Virus record (IMG/VR): IMGVR_UViG_3300042889_001503
Span: 208,438 to 272,437 of that record
Length of the DNA: 64,000 nt
Strand: one strand, 5' to 3'
Shown: positions 60,026 through 64,000 of the stretch, piece after piece
Position numbering within the stretch: the stretch's first letter is position 1
How the letters are laid out: every line of letters begins with the position of its first letter
Program-made: the position numbers and the translations under genes
Notes under the pieces: model-generated
The model's input: only the letters and a program-made list of their open reading frames with translations
What the model was told of the DNA's origin: nothing
Database searches by the model: none

Positions 60026-61894
60026 ATGGGAAAAATTATTGGAATTGACTTAGGAACAACTAACTCGTGTGTCTCTGTAATGGAGGGTAACGAACCGGTT
60101 GTAATAGCAAATTCAGAAGGTAAAAGAACAACACCTTCAATCATCGGTTTCATCAACGAAGGAGAAAGAAAAGTTGGTGACCCGGCAAAAAGACAGGCGG
60201 TAACCAACCCGACTAAAACAATATCATCAATTAAACGATTTATGGGTTCTACCTATGACGAGAGTAAAAACGAAATTGGGAAAGTTCCTTACTCTGTTGT
60301 AAACGAAGGTTCTCAACCAAGAGTTCAGATTGACGATAGAAAATACTCACCACAAGAATTGTCGGCAATCATCTTACAAAAGATGAAACAAACTGCCGAA
60401 GATTATTTAGGTGAATCAGTAACTGATGCGGTAATCACCGTCCCAGCTTACTTTAACGATGCCCAACGTCAGGCTACAAAAGAGGCGGGTGAAATTGCCG
60501 GATTAAATGTTCGTCGTATTATCAACGAACCAACCGCGGCGGCTCTTGCGTATGGACTTGACAAAAAAGGTGATAGTAAAATTGTTGTGTTTGACTGTGG
60601 AGGGGGAACTCACGACGTGTCTATTCTTGACTTAGGTGGTGGTGTATTTGAGGTATTATCTACCGATGGAGACACACATTTAGGAGGGGACGACTTTGAC
60701 AGAGTCATTATTGATTTCTTGGTTGAAGAATTTAAGAACGATAATGGTGGTTTAGACATCTCAAAAGATGCTATGGCATTACAAAGGTTAAGAGAAGGTG
60801 CTGAGAAAGCGAAGGTTGAATTATCTTCATCACCTCAGACAGAAATCAACTTACCTTATTTAAGTGCTGATGCTACCGGACCAAAACACTTGGTAAAAAC
60901 ATTAACAAGAGCGAAGTTTGAACAACTTGCGGCTGAGTTAATCAAAAGAACCATTGACCCTTGTAAAACGGCATTGAAAAACGCGAAACTTAAGGTTTCC
61001 GATATTGATGAGATTATCCTTGTTGGTGGAACAACAAGAATCCCGGCAATACAAGATGCGGTTAAGAAGTTCTTTGGTAAAGAACCATCAAAAGGTGTTA
61101 ATCCGGATGAGGTAGTTGCGTTAGGTGCGGCTATTCAAGGAGGTGTATTGGCTGGTGATGTGAAAGACGTGTTGTTATTAGACGTAACACCACTTTCATT
61201 AGGTATTGAAACAATGGGTGGTATTTTAACACGACTTATTGAGGCAAATACCACAATCCCAACCAAAAAGTCACAAGTGTTCTCAACAGCTGTTGATAAT
61301 CAACCTTCTGTAGAGATTCACGTCTTACAAGGAGAGAGACCAATGGCAAAAGACAACAGAACGATGGGTAGATTCCATTTAGATGGTTTACCACCATCAA
61401 TGAGAGGTGTTCCTCAAATTGAGGTAATCTTTGATATTGACGCGAATGGTATCATCAATGTATCTGCAGTTGACAAATCAACAAACAAAACACAATCAAT
61501 TAGAATTGAGGGTTCAACGGGATTATCTCAAGAGGATATTGAAAGAATGAAGGCTGAAGCTGAAGAAAATGCTGAAGCGGACAAAAAACTTAAAGAGGAT
61601 GTGGACACATTAAACTCCGCTGACAACCTGATATTCCAAACAGGTAAATCTTTAACGGATTTAGAGGATAAGATTTCTGAAGAACAAAAAACAGAAATAA
61701 CAACTCTTCTTGATACCTTGAAAGAATCTCATTCTAATAAAGATGTGGAAAATGTTAAAACGATTATGGAAGAACTTACCCAAAAGTTTCAAACCATCAC
61801 ACAGGAATTATACAATAGTGTAAATGAGAGTGAGACTCCGGAATCAGATATTAACGCTTCTGACGTAGAGTTTGAAGAAGTTAAACCTGAGTAA
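60026..61894 (+). CDS. dnaK: Hsp70 chaperone DnaK
   Basis: [57 protein letters not shown]. Confidence 0.98.
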   Translation: MGKIIGIDLGTTNSCVSVMEGNEPVVIANSEGKRTTPSIIGFINEGERKVGDPAKRQAVTNPTKTISSIKRFMGSTYDESKNEIGKVPYSVVNEGSQPRVQIDDRKYSPQELSAIILQKMKQTAEDYLGESVTDAVITVPAYFNDAQRQATKEAGEIAGLNVRRIINEPTAAALAYGLDKKGDSKIVVFDCGGGTHDVSILDLGGGVFEVLSTDGDTHLGGDDFDRVIIDFLVEEFKNDNGGLDISKDAMALQRLREGAEKAKVELSSSPQTEINLPYLSADATGPKHLVKTLTRAKFEQLAAELIKRTIDPCKTALKNAKLKVSDIDEIILVGGTTRIPAIQDAVKKFFGKEPSKGVNPDEVVALGAAIQGGVLAGDVKDVLLLDVTPLSLGIETMGGILTRLIEANTTIPTKKSQVFSTAVDNQPSVEIHVLQGERPMAKDNRTMGRFHLDGLPPSMRGVPQIEVIFDIDANGIINVSAVDKSTNKTQSIRIEGSTGLSQEDIERMKAEAEENAEADKKLKEDVDTLNSADNLIFQTGKSLTDLEDKISEEQKTEITTLLDTLKESHSNKDVENVKTIMEELTQKFQTITQELYNSVNESETPESDINASDVEFEEVKPE

Positions 61895-61915
61895 CATTTT
61901 ACGATAATGTTTTTT

Positions 61916-61946
61916 AATCCCAATAATTTTTTTATTGGGATTTTTT
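61916..61946 (+). terminator. Intrinsic terminator
   Basis: AATCCCAATAA/TTATTGGGATT plus T-run. Confidence 0.75.
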
Positions 61947-61977
61947 GTTTATCTTTGTTCCATAAATAAATAATATT

Positions 61978-62388
61978 ATGAAAGGAATATTGAAAAAAAC
62001 GACAGGTGGTTTTTTTGTTTGGTATGATAAACCGGTTGATGAGGTTGCCACGGCATATGACTCACTTCCATTACATCCAAAGGCGACTGAAGGGTGGTCG
62101 GTAACGGAACGAGAAGATTTCTTCAAAAAATTTGTTGGTAAGACAATTGAATTTGAAATTGTTAATGAAACCATTACCGGTGAGTTTAGTTCTATGGGTG
62201 GTGGATATACAAATTACCAAGTTCAGTTAGCTAAACCAATTAAACCAAAATTTGATTGGGAATATTGGAAAAATAGATGTTTGGCTGCCGAACTTTTTAT
62301 TGAGAAAAGTCCTTGTGACCCGGATATATATCCAAAACAAATGGAGGCGTATAACGAATGGCAAAAATGGGTAGAAGATGAAAGGTAG
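61978..62388 (+). CDS. Hypothetical protein (N-terminal domain paralogous to next ORF)
   Basis: MKGILKK...LPLHP...IEF; TATCTTTG at 61950-61957. Confidence 0.7.
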   Translation: MKGILKKTTGGFFVWYDKPVDEVATAYDSLPLHPKATEGWSVTEREDFFKKFVGKTIEFEIVNETITGEFSSMGGGYTNYQVQLAKPIKPKFDWEYWKNRCLAAELFIEKSPCDPDIYPKQMEAYNEWQKWVEDER

Positions 62389-63175
62389 ATTAAAAAAAAT
62401 TGATGATAAGTGGGTTATTGAATACTCAGGTGTTTCATATAAAGGTGGTAATCCAAAACAATTAGGTAATTACACAAAAAAAGTTGAGAAAAAAACTTTA
62501 CCATTACATCCTAATTTTGTTACAATGACAGATTATGTTTGGGTTAAAGGTATTAAGGTTTACGATGGTGACGAGGTTGAATTTACTCAAGTATTAGTTA
62601 ATCCTATGGGAAGAGAAGTTGACCCGAATGATTTAGGTAAAAATCTCTCAAAATGTAAATGGTACGCTAAACCCTCTTTAGTAGAAAAAGAAGAACAAAA
62701 ACAACATCTAATTGATATGATGAAATCTGATGAAGAGTTGGGTTTGTATGATGAACCTAAACAAGAATTATCTAAAGATGAAATTGATAAGTTTTTTGTT
62801 GATATGATTTGTAATCCTAAACAAGAATTATCTGTAAGACTACAAAATTCATTAAAACAATTCAATCTAACTTTAGAAGAAGCAATGAATACAGAAACGT
62901 ACAAACTAAAACAAATTGGATTTGGAAACAGAAGTATTATTGAGTTGCAAAGTTTTAAATCTAAACAAGAAATTAAACTTGAGGATATCTTTAACGATGA
63001 GAAAAGAGAAGGAGCTAAAAGAGTAATTCATCAACATAAAGTTTTGAAAGGTTTGTATTTAATCAACCCTGTTCATTTGGAAATGACAAGTGATGGTCAC
63101 GGAGAATTTCCGGATGGTTATAAATTGACTCATAAAGGTATTCAATATATTATTAACCAATTAAATAAAGAATAA
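62378..63175 (+). CDS. Hypothetical protein
   Basis: MKGRLKK...LPLHP...VEF; repeated PKQE motifs. Confidence 0.7.
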   Translation: MKGRLKKIDDKWVIEYSGVSYKGGNPKQLGNYTKKVEKKTLPLHPNFVTMTDYVWVKGIKVYDGDEVEFTQVLVNPMGREVDPNDLGKNLSKCKWYAKPSLVEKEEQKQHLIDMMKSDEELGLYDEPKQELSKDEIDKFFVDMICNPKQELSVRLQNSLKQFNLTLEEAMNTETYKLKQIGFGNRSIIELQSFKSKQEIKLEDIFNDEKREGAKRVIHQHKVLKGLYLINPVHLEMTSDGHGEFPDGYKLTHKGIQYIINQLNKE

Positions 63176-63178
63176 AAA

Positions 63179-63595
63179 ATGAGCGAGAATAACAAACCAA
63201 GAGTGTATACTTCAGAAATCTTAAAAGATATGATATCAAAAATCACACCGGAAGAATTGGCGTTAACTGAGATTGAAATGATGAATATGGTTTATGAGGA
63301 TACCTACACCAATAAAGAAATTAGAACTTGGTGGTTAAACCAAACTGAGGAAAGAAGACGAAATATGGTTCGTGAATATTTCAAAGGTGGTAATAGTGAA
63401 AACATCAACACATTATACGGAATTATGCCGGAAGAAATGGAGGAAATGTATAACATTAATGTTGATGTTGTTATAATGGATTGGGAAGAAATCTTATTTG
63501 ATTTTATAGATTTTTACCCGTGTCAATTACCTGACGAATTATTTGAATGGTTAAAAGAAAATTACGAAATACCAAAGAAAAAAAATGGATTATAA
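63179..63595 (+). CDS. Hypothetical protein
   Basis: 138 aa ORF. Confidence 0.7.
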   Translation: MSENNKPRVYTSEILKDMISKITPEELALTEIEMMNMVYEDTYTNKEIRTWWLNQTEERRRNMVREYFKGGNSENINTLYGIMPEEMEEMYNINVDVVIMDWEEILFDFIDFYPCQLPDELFEWLKENYEIPKKKNGL

Positions 63596-63731
63596 TTATT
63601 GGCACAAACAAGTTATGATAAAGATGGGGATTCCTTTTACGGGATATCCGGTGATTATTGAGACGGAATGGGAAACTTTGGTGTTAAATAAAAATAATGG
63701 TAAATTTATAAGAAAAGATGGAAAAGATTAA
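63585..63731 (+). CDS. Small hypothetical protein
   Basis: Manual ORF of 48 aa MDYNYWHKQV. Confidence 0.45.
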   Translation: MDYNYWHKQVMIKMGIPFTGYPVIIETEWETLVLNKNNGKFIRKDGKD

Positions 63732-64000
63732 AGTTATATTTTTAGACATAGATGGAGTTCTTAATGTTTACTCCCACGACCACGATGAGTTTGGTAGTCA
63801 ATTTCAACCCCAATTCGTCAATAACCTTAAACGAGTTATTGAAGAAACCGGAGCCAAGATTGTAATATCATCAACTTGGAGATATGCGGGTCTTGATAGG
63901 ATGAAAGAAATGTGGGAAAAGAGAAACTTACCTGGTGAGGTGATTGATATCACAGAGGATTGTACTTACTTATTTAATGAAGGTTTATTTGAATGGTTAG
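63718..64000 (+). CDS. HAD-superfamily protein (RNA-repair-associated HAD-like); truncated by window
   Basis: MEKIKVIFLDIDGVLN...IIEETGAKIVISSTWR. Confidence 0.8.
   Translation, partial: MEKIKVIFLDIDGVLNVYSHDHDEFGSQFQPQFVNNLKRVIEETGAKIVISSTWRYAGLDRMKEMWEKRNLPGEVIDITEDCTYLFNEGLFEWL

Noticed and set aside
257-60207. Many ORF-track entries antisense to or overlapping real genes (e.g. 257-448, 2145-2414, 7021-7429, 9442-9648, 14088-14459, 18345-18960, 22100-22673, 27078-28000, 31037-32626, 53611-54303, 56377-57168, 60019-60207)
   Set aside because: Shadow frames of stronger ORFs, with low-complexity composition, no promoter motif and no recognisable domain.
38579-61894. Bacterial chromosome fragment (clpP, thyA, dnaK, mgsA, plsC)
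   Set aside because: The genes are isolated among phage-style small ORFs, lack their usual operon partners (tig/clpX, folA, grpE/dnaJ) and share the window's terminator style and motif biases.
1-64000. Stop-codon reassignment (code 15/4) as in some huge phages
   Set aside because: Coding density is high under code 11; TAA, TAG and TGA all end genes at motif-complete C-termini.
1-64000. Diversity-generating retroelement or retron behind the variable families
   Set aside because: No reverse transcriptase and no template/variable repeat pair with adenine-specific differences in this window.
1-64000. Eukaryotic giant virus (AsnRS-like gene, Hsp70, TATTTAT-like motifs)
   Set aside because: Bacteroidota promoter boxes, intrinsic terminators, peptidoglycan hydrolases, lipoproteins and overlapping operonic genes indicate a bacteriophage.

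Overview
AT-rich (roughly 30-33% GC by eye), gene-dense 64-kb segment of a large tailed (jumbo/huge) phage genome, standard genetic code 11. The host is very probably a Bacteroidota bacterium: at least 15 TAnnTTTG -7 promoter boxes, signal peptides ending in Ser-Gln, DUF2452-like and MqsA-like genes. No capsid, terminase, polymerase, tRNA, rRNA or CRISPR array is visible. Recognisable genes: NucA/EndoG-type nuclease, GT2 glycosyltransferase plus LpxH-like phosphoesterase, T5orf172/GIY-YIG, Pth2, EndoVII-like, flavodoxin-fold reductase, nitroreductase, PlsC, SGNH hydrolase, ClpP, MgsA, ThyA, GH108-like and SLT muramidases, FKBP PPIase, metallophosphoesterase, anticodon-less AsnRS paralogue, PAS-PAS-TM protein, GH19 endolysin, DnaK and a HAD protein. 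Main unexplained structure: (1) about 34 otherwise unrelated ORFs share an N-terminal leader (MKIIITES/MNLxEDIxRI/MKKIVRLTESDL types ending in I/L-x-E) and sit behind a second promoter-like motif, TATTTAT(A), suggesting a capsid-targeting cargo system; (2) a lysis locus with a PAS sensor fused to a membrane anchor, followed by an endolysin whose 5' region is a perfect 17-bp hairpin containing the late motif; (3) an Asn-Asn leader peptide with terminator in front of the AsnRS paralogue; (4) a stand-alone structured RNA at 5.5 kb; (5) a repeat protein with constant scaffold and hypervariable loops; (6) an origin- or packaging-like region at 19.0-21.5 kb. All functional calls are by-eye motif recognition; no database searches or folding programs were run.
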